Shown here piece after piece: positions 23,507-35,000 of a stretch of DNA of 64,000 nt. The DNA is taken from contig NC_068989.1 in assembly GCF_001194135.2 (NCBI RefSeq), forward strand, positions 59,214,703-59,278,702, in the 5' to 3' direction. Source of the DNA: Octopus bimaculoides. Lineage: Eukaryota. Position 1 is the first letter of the stretch. Every line of letters starts with the position of its first letter. The position numbers and the translations under genes were made by a program. The notes under the pieces are model-generated. The model was not told the origin of the DNA. It made no database searches and saw nothing but the letters and a program-made list of their open reading frames with translations.

Positions 23507-23605
23507 AAAATATGCTTCAACGCACAAACTCACATCAAGAATCTTGCAAGCCAAATACAAAAACGAAGTATATATATGTGTTTGTGTGTGTGTGTCTACA
23601 CACAG

Positions 23606-23638
<33 letters not shown>

Positions 23639-23918
23639 NNNNNNNNNNNNNNNNNNNNNNNNNNNNNNNNNNNNNNNNNNNNNNNNNNNNNNNNNNNNNN
23701 NNNNNNNNNNNNNNNNNNNNNNNNNNNNNNNNNNNNNNNNNNNNNNNNNNNNNNNNNNNNNNNNNNNNNNNNNNNNTAATACCACCGAAGTCGACTTTGC
23801 CTTTCATCCTTTCGGGATTGATGAAATAAATACCACTTGAGCAGCGAGGTCGAAGTAATCGACTTGCTCCCAATCCCCTAAAAAGATTATTAAGAGACGG
23901 CATACTGGTATCACTACT

Positions 23919-23958
<40 letters not shown>

Positions 23959-24182
23959 CCACACACACACATGCACACATACACACGCACACACATATAT
24001 ATGTATGTGTCATTATTGATTTCAAATTTTGGCTCAAGCCCAGCAAGTCCGGGGCAAGGGTTAAGTCGATTACATTGACTCCACTGTTCAACTGGTACTT
24101 ATTTTACCGACCCCGAAAGGGATGAAAGGCAAAGTCGATGGCATGAACGGGATAAAAGACAAACAGCTAATCTATTTATATA

Positions 24183-24692
24183 ACATGGAAAAATGTGAGC
24201 ATGAAAAGTAATATTCTTAAGATTATAAACCTGGAAAAGTACAGGACAAGTTATTACACCTGTAAACGTATAGGACAAACTATTACTTCAAGTAAAGTAA
24301 AGAATAAGAAACTCTTTAAAATATTGCAGCAAAGAATGCCAGTTCTTCTAATTTATCACTCTTTACAGTTCTCATCTTTTAAATTTATTGTACAAAACTG
24401 TTCAGCTAATTTGTAAGTTTGTCTAGTTAGTCACTTTTCTCTGTATTTAAGATAGTAAATTAGTCAGATTCTACTTAAATAAGTATAGTGTTATTTGTAA
24501 ACTATAATAAAATATTTTTAATATTCAAATTTTAACTTTAGCTGCGATATTTTAAATAAAAAGTTTCTTATTCTTTACTTTACTTGCAGTAATAATTTGT
24601 CCTATACATTTACATGTTTAATAACTTGTCCTGTACTTTTCCAAATTTATAATCTTAAGAATATTACTTTTTATGCTCGCATTTTTCCATGT
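24183..24692. mobile_element. 510-bp foldback element with ~131-bp inverted arms
   Basis: 24183-24313 versus the reverse complement of 24562-24692: 9 mismatches counted by eye. Confidence 0.8.
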
Positions 24693-26844
24693 AATCCATG
24701 ATTTTTCTAGGCATTGCTGTTATAAGATAATTAATAATGTGTCAATTAATAATTTAGGATTTTACCTTATAAAATACTGGGTAGGGGGATACATTGGCTG
24801 CTATTTTTAACGTGTCGGGCGACCAGGTAGAGGCTCTTTCATTGGTTTGATTGCGTGCTGAGATTTGTTTACACATATATGTATAATATGCATATATATC
24901 ATCGACAGAAGTTAGAGAGTAAGTCAAAAGCTGAGAGTTTCGTGTATTGGCACTTTTCAAACACGAATTTGTCCATTGTTACTCTGTAATTTGTAACAAA
25001 ATAACTTCAAAAATATAAAATTTTGTCAAGAACGTTAAGAGTAAACCCTGTAGTATGTGACACATTGTACCAGTATCGGAAGTTTCAAAGTGTTTAGTTA
25101 AAAAAAAATAATTAAATAATCTGTACGTTAAATTGAATAGATCCGAAATGGATAAAGAGCAAAGTCGACCTAGGCGGAAATTGAACTCAAAATGTAAACA
25201 AGGCGAAAAATCGATAAACATTTCACCTTGCGCGCTAACGTTTCTGACAGGGCACCAACTTAAAACGCAACCATTCAATTTTAGTGATATATTCTTTATT
25301 CTTATTACCAAGTGTTACTTCCTTACTCTCTTGCTGACACGAAATTTCGTTGCATTTCACCCCATAACTTTTATTCTACTAATTTTTGTTCAATGCGACT
25401 AATGACTCTGAATTCCTCATACATTTTTCTATCATTTAAGCCTAAAAAAAGTATACTTTTATTTTAAAATTAAAAAGTTTCTGTTAATTGAATGTGAATA
25501 GGTGACTTACTGTCCCCCCACCCCTTGATGTCGCAGATATTTTGATGTAACTTTTTTTCTACTGAACCAAATCTCAAACTATTTATGCCAAAGTGTAGCT
25601 GAGGAGATGTCCTCTTTAAAAATGTTAACAGTTTCCAATTTAGTTGAGAACTGAATTAGTGGTGAAGCTCGGAAGCTGCTGCAATTGACGAAATGGTGAA
25701 CTTAAGAATATATTCAACCACTACCGTAGCTGAATGATACTCAACAAATCCAATAGTTACAGAAAACTGGAGCTACTAATTTGCGTACCATAAGAGTTAA
25801 TACTATTTTAATATCTGGGGTATATCAATGGGGATCTGAGTCTACACAGTATCAATGTATGTTATAATATAGGTATCCTATATAGTAGTTATATAAACAA
25901 GGCTAGATTCAGTGAAACAATTTCTATTTCAAGATAAGTTTGAGCTCAGGGAAGAAACCTTAAATTCCTTAAATTTCCTATATGCAAATACATTTTAATC
26001 TTTAGATTATAAGTTTTCAGAGTTAAATCAACAGCAAAACTAACCATAAAAATGTTTATTGAATTACACCAACATATCAAAACATATGCATTGTCATACA
26101 AGATGCAATCTGTGACTTTAATAGTGAAAGTGAGAAATGTTGCAATGAAAACGAAATATAGGACTATTTGGTGTATTACACTGTAGCAATATACATGTAT
26201 AGCGAAACACACTGGTATGTCTGACATTAGATATGACTCTGGGGGTAAGATATGATTGAGTTAACACCAAGTTTACAGATTAAATAAATATATATCCCAA
26301 TCATATATGAGAGAACAAATGTTTGTCGGACGATTCTTTAAGAAAATTTAATCAATAAGTGTTGGAATGGAATTATTTCGCCAAATCAGTTTCTACAAAA
26401 CACTAGAGGTCTCTAGGCACATTTTCTGTTTTAAATATTGTATTAGTCCTTAGTACAAATGAATGCACATCATTTGATCATCTTTTATCTCAGTATAAAA
26501 ATTCTTTTATACAATTTAGTTACACAGCAATAAAACAAGTTGATCACTATTTCCAAGTATTTGATATTTAAGACATGCTTTGTTCTTCCTGAATTGTGTA
26601 TTTTCTCATCCAAATAGCAATCAATTGTTTTAAAGGAAGTAAGCCGTATCAATTATTTCTTCTACGGCTTCCCAACATACTATAAAAGTTATACCAGAAA
26701 TTGAAGTGAATATTCAAGCTTTCCGCAGCTTTTTCACTTGACTAGCTTCCTTGGAATGAATTCTTTTGCATTATTCAGGTAGATATAGGATTCTTGAGAA
26801 GAATAACATGAAGGGACTGACATTTATATTCAGAAGTAGCTCAT

Positions 26845-26982
26845 TTAGTCTTCATTTTCAGCATGTCTATTTTCCAAAACACTCCACATTTGTTGAGGTT
26901 TATAAGAACATGGCATTAACGTTACATCACTTTCAACGTTTTCTAAGCACAGGTTACTTACATTATGGTAGATCATTCTATT
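26845..26982 (-). CDS. GALNT: GALNT terminal exon, lectin gamma repeat ([45 protein letters not shown])
   Basis: gtttttctttttcag acceptor; LCL...C...QQxW; TAA at 26847-26845. Confidence 0.92.
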   Translation of the reverse strand, partial: NRMIYHNVSNLCLENVESDVTLMPCSYKPQQMWSVLENRHAENED

Positions 26983-29044
26983 CTGAAAAAGAAAAACACA
27001 AATAAATTTGTTACACTGCATTTCAAATTACTACAACATTCATAAGGTAGGTAGAAATAATTATATAAAGCAATATGCTATCAACTAGCAAAAACAAATG
27101 GCTAAATATTAATATATACTTATATTTATATTTTGTTATGAAGCTGTACTGATAAATAGTCAATTACTTGACTAATCATGACCGGAGGTGGGTATCAATG
27201 AATGGTAAGCTCTACTGGTATTTCCTCGAAAAGTAAAATGAAAACAAAACTTCTTCCTTGCAGACGGTTGACCTGTTATATGGAAAATTATATCATATAC
27301 ACATTTACAGTTTTATTACCTATACAGAGCAACTGTCATGTACTAAATTAAGGACAGTGCCTAATCTGATATTAGAATATTAATTGAAGTATCACCTACA
27401 GAGAACAGATGCAACTGGACATTCTCCTAGTCTTATACAAAATATTACCTACGGTACTTAAATAAGAAGGTTTAATTTTAACTTCTTACTCTTTAACGTA
27501 TTTCTACCTAAAGGCTGTGGCCATACCTGAGTACGCCAGTATCATTACCTTTTCAATGGCCATTTCTATGTGGTTGGCTTTTGATGAAGGAGAGGCTTTG
27601 ATATTGCTGCCTTCATTTGAGTTCCTTACCGCAATTTAGGCTCGTCTTGGATCTACAACCTATCATATTTCATTACTTCAAGAAGAATGTTTTATGGAAC
27701 TGAGGATTTTTCTGGTTTTGTATTGTTTGGAGTATTTTGAAACTTTTTAAATGATGTATCTACATTCAATCATAGTTTTTCAAAATGATATGGAACATGT
27801 TTCCAGAAATCTGCTGTTGTTCATTCTCGATTCAGCAGTGAGAAAAGATGTTCTCTTTAGTGTTCGAGAATATCTTACGAATCGCGTCAGGGCGCGAGTG
27901 TTGTCTGCTGCTGAAAAGTTGCCCGTAGATATCTATACTGAGCTAACCGTTTACTTCGTTCCACTAATAATTTTCTTAGATACCATCATCTCTATAGTTT
28001 TGAGGCTTTATTGGCACCAAATACTCTGTATTTCTTCGGGTTTGGTTTGATATTAGTGCTTAAATTTTAGATATCGTGATAGTCTATGAGCTGACCTTGT
28101 GTTTTACCTATGTGATGAGTGAGTCTTCCTCTTTTCCACGGCAAGCTGACTGATTTCACCGTTGTTATTTTCAAACTAATACTGGATTTTCGTTTTTGCT
28201 GAAACCAATGTTACTTCGTTGTTTCAATGCTAATATTCCGAACTGATAAGCATTCTTCAATGAAAGAACGATAGATGGGATGTTTAGAATTGAGACTTAG
28301 ATGATTGATATTTATGTCTGGTGACAGATTTTTTTCTAACTTTGAAATACCATTGATTTCATAGTTTGTCACAAATGATGATTTCCATGAATGGGACGGA
28401 TGACAAGTGCAATGTTCAACAGATATCAACACTATGAGCTTTTCTAGTAACAAGGACAACATTCTTGTATTGACGTCTGACGATGATATAGTCCAGAATC
28501 TGTCAGTATCTGGATTGTGAATACATGCATGTCGTCTTAAATCGGTTGCGGAGTCGGAACTGAACGTTAGTGATGAAGAGGGAATTTCGAACAGAAAAAC
28601 AGGATTGGAAAATTGGTTGGGATTACAGTTTCTCACATCTTCTTCCTTAATCACTAACATCTTCTCATTGCTGACGATCTCTTCTTAATTTTTCGTTGAA
28701 ATCACCTATAAGTAAACACCTGTCTCTTGTTGGTACTTTCAAAATAATGTTACTCAATTGTTGGTAAAATTGACTTTTCATATCTTCACTGGCATCAAGA
28801 GTCGGAGCATAAACTGAGATCTTTATCTTTTTATCTTTTACCTGTTTCAATCATTAGATTGCGGCCATGCTGGGGAACCGCCTTGAAATTTTAATCGAAT
28901 GACTCGACCCCAGTACTTATTTTTTCAGCCTGGTACTTACTTTATCGGTCTCTTTTAGCCGGACCGCTACTTACGAGGACGTAAACACACCAACACCGGT
29001 TGTCAAGCGATGATGGAAGGATGAACACAGACACAAAGCCATAC

Positions 29045-29093
<49 letters not shown>

Positions 29094-32000
29094 CACGACG
29101 AGCTTCTTTCAGTTTCCGTCAACCAAATCCGTTCACAAGGCTTTGGTCCGCCTCAGGCTATAATAAAAGACATTTTCCCAAGGTGCCACGCATTAGGACT
29201 GAACCATGTGGTTGAGAAGCAAGCTTCTTACCACACAGTCACTCCTGCGCCTATGAGAAATTAAGTTATGTTGGGGGTAATAACACCCAAAGTGTTATAT
29301 ATGATTCGTTGATGACAGCTGGAATCAGTTGGCCTCGAAAAATCAAGATTTTAACAAGCAATACCAATTCTTTGAATTCGTTCCTCAACTACAGCCTTCC
29401 CTTTCTAAAAGAATATATAGTCAGAACTTATCTGTTCAGGTTTTCCTTCTCTTACGTGTTGAGTTTTGCATAGAGCATCGACAATTCTCTCGAGACAAGT
29501 ACCGTATGTTGTTTTTGACTTCTAATGTTATAACGATCAAGAAGTGTCCTGTCGTTCCACGTTCCAAAGAAGAGATTGATAGATCCATGTTCACATAATT
29601 TACTATATTAATTTCAACATATAAATATCAACAATTACTAATTTGAATTAAAAGAAAAAACAGCTTTTGATTTTCAGAATGCAAAAGCTGTTTGGTAGCT
29701 TAATTCTTGAGTTTATCATTGCAAAATACGTTTATGAATTTTGCTAAGTGATTTCATATACCTTATTTACGATATATCAATACACGTTTTTGTGAAAAGG
29801 TTTGTAGCATGTTTTTACTCACCGAAAGTAAAGTCCAAACCTGGTTACCTTTCATATCATGGCATGATATTGCTCTTAAATCCTTCTTAAAGTCTAAACA
29901 GTTGTCATTTATTCTTAGTTCGTTTTTTGTGGTATAATAAATATGCTGAGAATAGAATATAAGGAATAAATCTTTATTAATTTAAATACCTTAATATAGC
30001 AATACAATTGTGAATATTTACAGCAAATATAAAATAATATATTAGTTTTTTTTTCAACTAACTCAACTAAAGTTTTAGGTTTTACGGAGAAAGCAAAAAA
30101 CCTGGATGTTAAATAGACTTGGTTAAGTTAAGACTACCTTGATTTTATCATAATTTATTTCAGACTCATAAAATACTTAACCTATTAATTTACACCTTGC
30201 CTGTGGACCTTGTGTCTAGTAGGAAAAAATTAATAAATTCTACTTTACGTCATGCAACATCTCTGAAATATTTCAGTATTTGCACATTCTTGTATAAACC
30301 ATAACGTTATATACAATAGGAGACTTTCCCATCATTAATAGTATCACTGGTATCAATGCTATCTGGAATTTAGTACTCCTGTTAGGACCATGAATTAAAG
30401 TCAGAGAATAAACTCCAGACTGAACACGACCAAAACTCTTCAAGACTACAACGACAGAAAAGTGGTTGTAGACATGACTAATGATTGATTTCAATAACAT
30501 CTGAACTGGAAGAGGTGGGCATACCAGACCAGACGAACTGCTTAAGAAGACACCACGTGAGACTACAAATGAGTGAGTAGATATTTTGTAATTTCATCAC
30601 CTAGTACCACATTCCTCATTCGGAATGTGTCACACAGCATGGCCCTGAAACCATAGTGTGTCATTCCCTATAAAGTGAGATCCAAAGCAAATAAATCAAT
30701 GCCAGCAGCATTTCTTCCAGTTTATATTTCTTGTATCATTTATATTTTATTTTATGTAAAAAGCACAATTGGGATGGGATAAGTACTACTAAGACAGCAT
30801 TTGTGTTGCTTGAAGTTTCTAGTCTGGACGTTGGTTGGAGATGTCTGACACTCACCTTCAAAAACCCAGGGGCTATTTGCGATTTCTAATTCTACGTCTG
30901 CGTTTTATTCAGGAATAACACGACCCAATCTCAGCGAGGAAGTCTACAGAACAAGTGGGATAAAATTTGGACGCCCCTTTTTGGTTCCAGGTTGGGCGGC
31001 CTCACCCAGCATGTTACTCTTAATGTGTTCGAGTCTAAGAAAAATGAGTTTGGATCTATCAACTTAATCTGTTTTGAAAAGAATGATCTTTACTCTATTT
31101 TATTGATATCTTTTGTTTTGGCCTTCTGGTGTTCGCCAACAAACGCAGATAACTGCTGAAATAGAATAATCCCTTAATTATTACTTCATAACGTTAAACT
31201 GAGTGACTATAAATGCAGTAATTAAATATGTAGTAGATACAGTGCGTCAAATGATTACATGCATAATCACTTCTTAATTTTGTATGTAACTTGAACCTTG
31301 ACATGTAACATGTGGTTTATACAGTTTTATTACATTAACTATTTCATTGATATAAGTATGAGCTCACCAATCAAGCACAATATATTTTTTTAATAAGTTG
31401 GAAAACTAAGATCATTGGTTGTGAGTTGGTGTGAAATTCATCTCTGATTTCTGCTTTTCTAACCGAAGCAGATATATAAACGAAGACAATAGAGACTGAA
31501 TTGACAGAGCAGAGAAGTAATACAATGATAGAACTGTCTCTGTTAGATATATTTCAACAACAAAAACAATATAAATGACTTGAGACGCGATTAATATTAA
31601 ATGTAAAATTTGAAAAGTATAATTTTATCGATCTTCTACTGTCGCTCTTCAGTGTCTGGAGTTAAAATTTCGCTGATGCTGGTTTTGCATACCTCACAGG
31701 TCGTCAATGAAATAACGATAATATACTTGAATAGACTTTCTTAAATAGACACGTTTACTTGCGTCTTGTCAAAAGATTATATATGGATATTGCACTACAA
31801 ATGGGAGGTTCGGAGGAAACATTCACAGTTATGTTTAAACAAGATCATAGTATATGAATTTGATTCTACCTGAATTGCACTCGCTTTATCACATTTGGTA
31901 ACCTCTACACGCATTCCATTAGCCGCTACTAGGCAGTTTCTAGAATCCAAATTCATTACCTTAACAATAAAAACCGAAAATGTTATTAGATTTTGTTTTA

Positions 32001-35000
32001 CAATTCATCGAGAAAATGTGTTTATTTTTCAATGGGCCCAATTTGCCTTTGAAAAGCAACGAAGACCCGTGATTTTCAATGAGAAAATGTAGAAATTTAA
32101 AGAGACAATGGAGACTGGAGCATCACAGCGTATTGTTAGTTAGTTTACAATTAAATAATTCAATGTATGATATTCTAGTTTTACTCAAATATTCCTTGAA
32201 CCTTTTCTGGAATTGGTTCTAAGATTCTAGAAACTCAAAGATTTCCTTTTTTATTTTTAATTAGCTTAAAGTTTATCAAATTCTACTGTGAATAATTAAT
32301 GATAAATATAAAACATGATTTTGCAATTATAATTAATTTTAGTATAGCTAATTTTGTTCCAATGATTACCTGGAATCATGGATGGCGTTATTGCTTTGAT
32401 GGCAAACATTGGTAGGTGGTATGGCCATATACCATGTCCTGGACATGAATTAGTTGGGTAGAAAATTATCTATCACTGTAATTAAGATTTCATTATATTT
32501 GAAACATATTTACATAGAGAAATAATGCGGAGAGCCCGTTACAACGCGAAGAGAGAATTAATCTACTATAATAATACTCTTGTGTTTTTCTCCGTCACAA
32601 CATATGAATGAGAAAGGAAGGGATGAGAGCAAACTGACGGTGACCATTCAACGCTGAAAAGAAAATTCAAACAGCATTTCAACTCTGTGTGAGTATATGT
32701 GCGTATGTGTATGCGTGTACAAGGGTAGTATGTGAATGTATGTGACATGGAAAAGTGTATTAATTGGATTTACTATCCGTATTTATATATAAAATACTAC
32801 CCTTAGCCGTAATTTTTGACGGCACGGGGCCAGCTAGTCTTATAATAATGTTGCTTGTCATTTCGTTACTTAGCCTGTCAGTAACGCTTTCACGTGATTA
32901 GAGAAAAAGAGGGAGAAAGAAAAGAGGGAGAGAGAAAAAGAGGGAAAGAGAGAAAAGGAGAGACAGAGAAGTGTCCATGACGTGAGATAGAGGGAATGTA
33001 ACTGAAACGCTTTCACGTGATTAGTTGAAAGAGAAGACAGGAGAAAGAAAAAGGAGAAAGAAAAAGAGGATAAGGCGAAGAGTGAGACAGAAAGAGGGTG
33101 GAAGAAAAAGAAAGAGAGAAAAGCGTCTGACGTGAGGCAGAGAGAACGTAATATTTATTACGTGCTTTGAAAGTTAGTTGAAGATAGTGATATATAGAGA
33201 GTTAGAGATATAATCCTCGCAGCGGGATGATATTCTGATGGGGCGATTAAAGAAAGGTAGAGAGAGAGGCAGAGAGAGTGGGAAGGGAGTGAGAGGAGCG
33301 AGAGAGAGAGAGAGAGCGGGGAGAAAGAGAAGAGAGAGAAGGAGAGGGGAGAAAGAGAAGAGAGAGGGGGAGAGGGGAGAGAGAGATGATAATGGTGGTG
33401 ATGGTGGTGGAGGTGGCGGTGATGAGTGGATAGTGAAAAGTGTATTTTGTATAGCACCTATCACTTAACGCATGCGCATAAGTGCAATTCCGTGAAATAT
33501 TCACGCTTATTTACGTGGAAGATATATGCAATTTAACAAAAGGTTGTATCATATGTACGAGATTTTTTTTTTTTACTTATGGGGGAAAATGGAAAAATTA
33601 GAATGAAGATCTATTTTATGAGTGCTGTGTGTTAAGTCCATAAAATTGTGCATNNNNNNNNNNNNNNNNNNNNNNNNNNNNNNNNNNNNNNNNNNNNNNN
33701 NNNNNNNNNNNNNNNNNNNNNNNNNNNNNNNNNNNNNNNNNNNNNNNNNNNNNNNNNNNNNNNNNNNNNNNNNNNNNNNNNNNNNNNNNNNNNNNNNNNN
33801 NNNNNNNNNNNNNNNNNNNNNNNNNNNNNNNNNNNNNNNNNNNAGGTTTACCATTAACTCCGTGAAACATTCACGGGTCCCGCAAGTACAATATTTTATT
33901 AATTCCTTAATAAAGCAGTAAACGAATTATCTAAATCTAGAGACCACCACATTTATATAATCACATTATTTTCATTATTTATATATTAGATTACATTTGT
34001 GAAGGCGCATGGCTCAGTGGTTAAAGCATCGAGCTTACAATCGTGAGGTTGTGAGTTCGAATCCCGAACCGGACTGCGTGTTGTGTTCTTGAACAAGACA
34101 TTTTATTTCACGTTGCTTCAGTTCACTCAGCTGTAGAAATGAGTTGCGACATCACTGGTGTTAAGATGTATCAGCCTTTGCCTTTCCCTTGGCGGCGTGG
34201 AGAGGGGAGACCGGTATGCATGAACGACTGCTGGTCTCCCATAAAACAACCTTTCCCTGACTTGTGCTTGGGAGGGTAACTTTCTAGGTGCAATCCCATG
34301 GTCAGTCATGACCGAAGGGGGTCTCAGCATATTACCTTTATTTACCTCATATTTACTAATATTGTCGTGCAACACTCAGAGGAAAATAAAGCCGTGTTGT
34401 AATACGTTATATTTTTCAATATAATTTTCCCCCATCTATCTTAATATTTTATGCGCAGTTTGTGCTGCATACTACTGAGAACAATTCATGTGAGTATCTA
34501 CTAAGCATATGCTCGTATGAACTATTAGGAATGTTGATGTTATTTACACCAGTATTGGGACGCGGTTTAATTAGAATTACATTAGTAAACACGTCGTGGA
34601 GGCACAATGGCCCAGTGGTTAGGGCAGCGGACTCGCGGTCATAGGATCGCAGTTTCGATTCCCAGACCGGGCGTTGTGAGTGTTTATTGAGCGAAAACAC
34701 TTAAAGCTCCGCGAGGCACTGACAGGGAATGGTGTGAACCCTGCTGTACTCTTTCACCACAACTTTTACTTCCTGTTTCTGTTGTGCTTGTAATTCAAAG
34801 AGTCAGCCTTGTCACACTGTGCCACGCTGAATATCCCCGAGAACTACGTGGAGTGCTCAGCCACTTGCACATTAATTTCACGAGCAGGTTGTTCCGTTGG
34901 TCGGATCAACTGGAACCCTCGACGTAGTAAGCGACGGAGTGCCAACAACAAACTAAACACGTCACGTTTTAACTTCATTTTTTAAAATTCATGCCATCAA

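Noticed and set aside
32368-32480. Minus-strand AG/GT-bounded segment as a GALNT lectin exon
   Set aside because: There are stops in all frames from the acceptor and no ricin-repeat pattern.
33999-34680. tRNA genes
   Set aside because: The A/B-box heads continue into SINE bodies and lack a complete cloverleaf.
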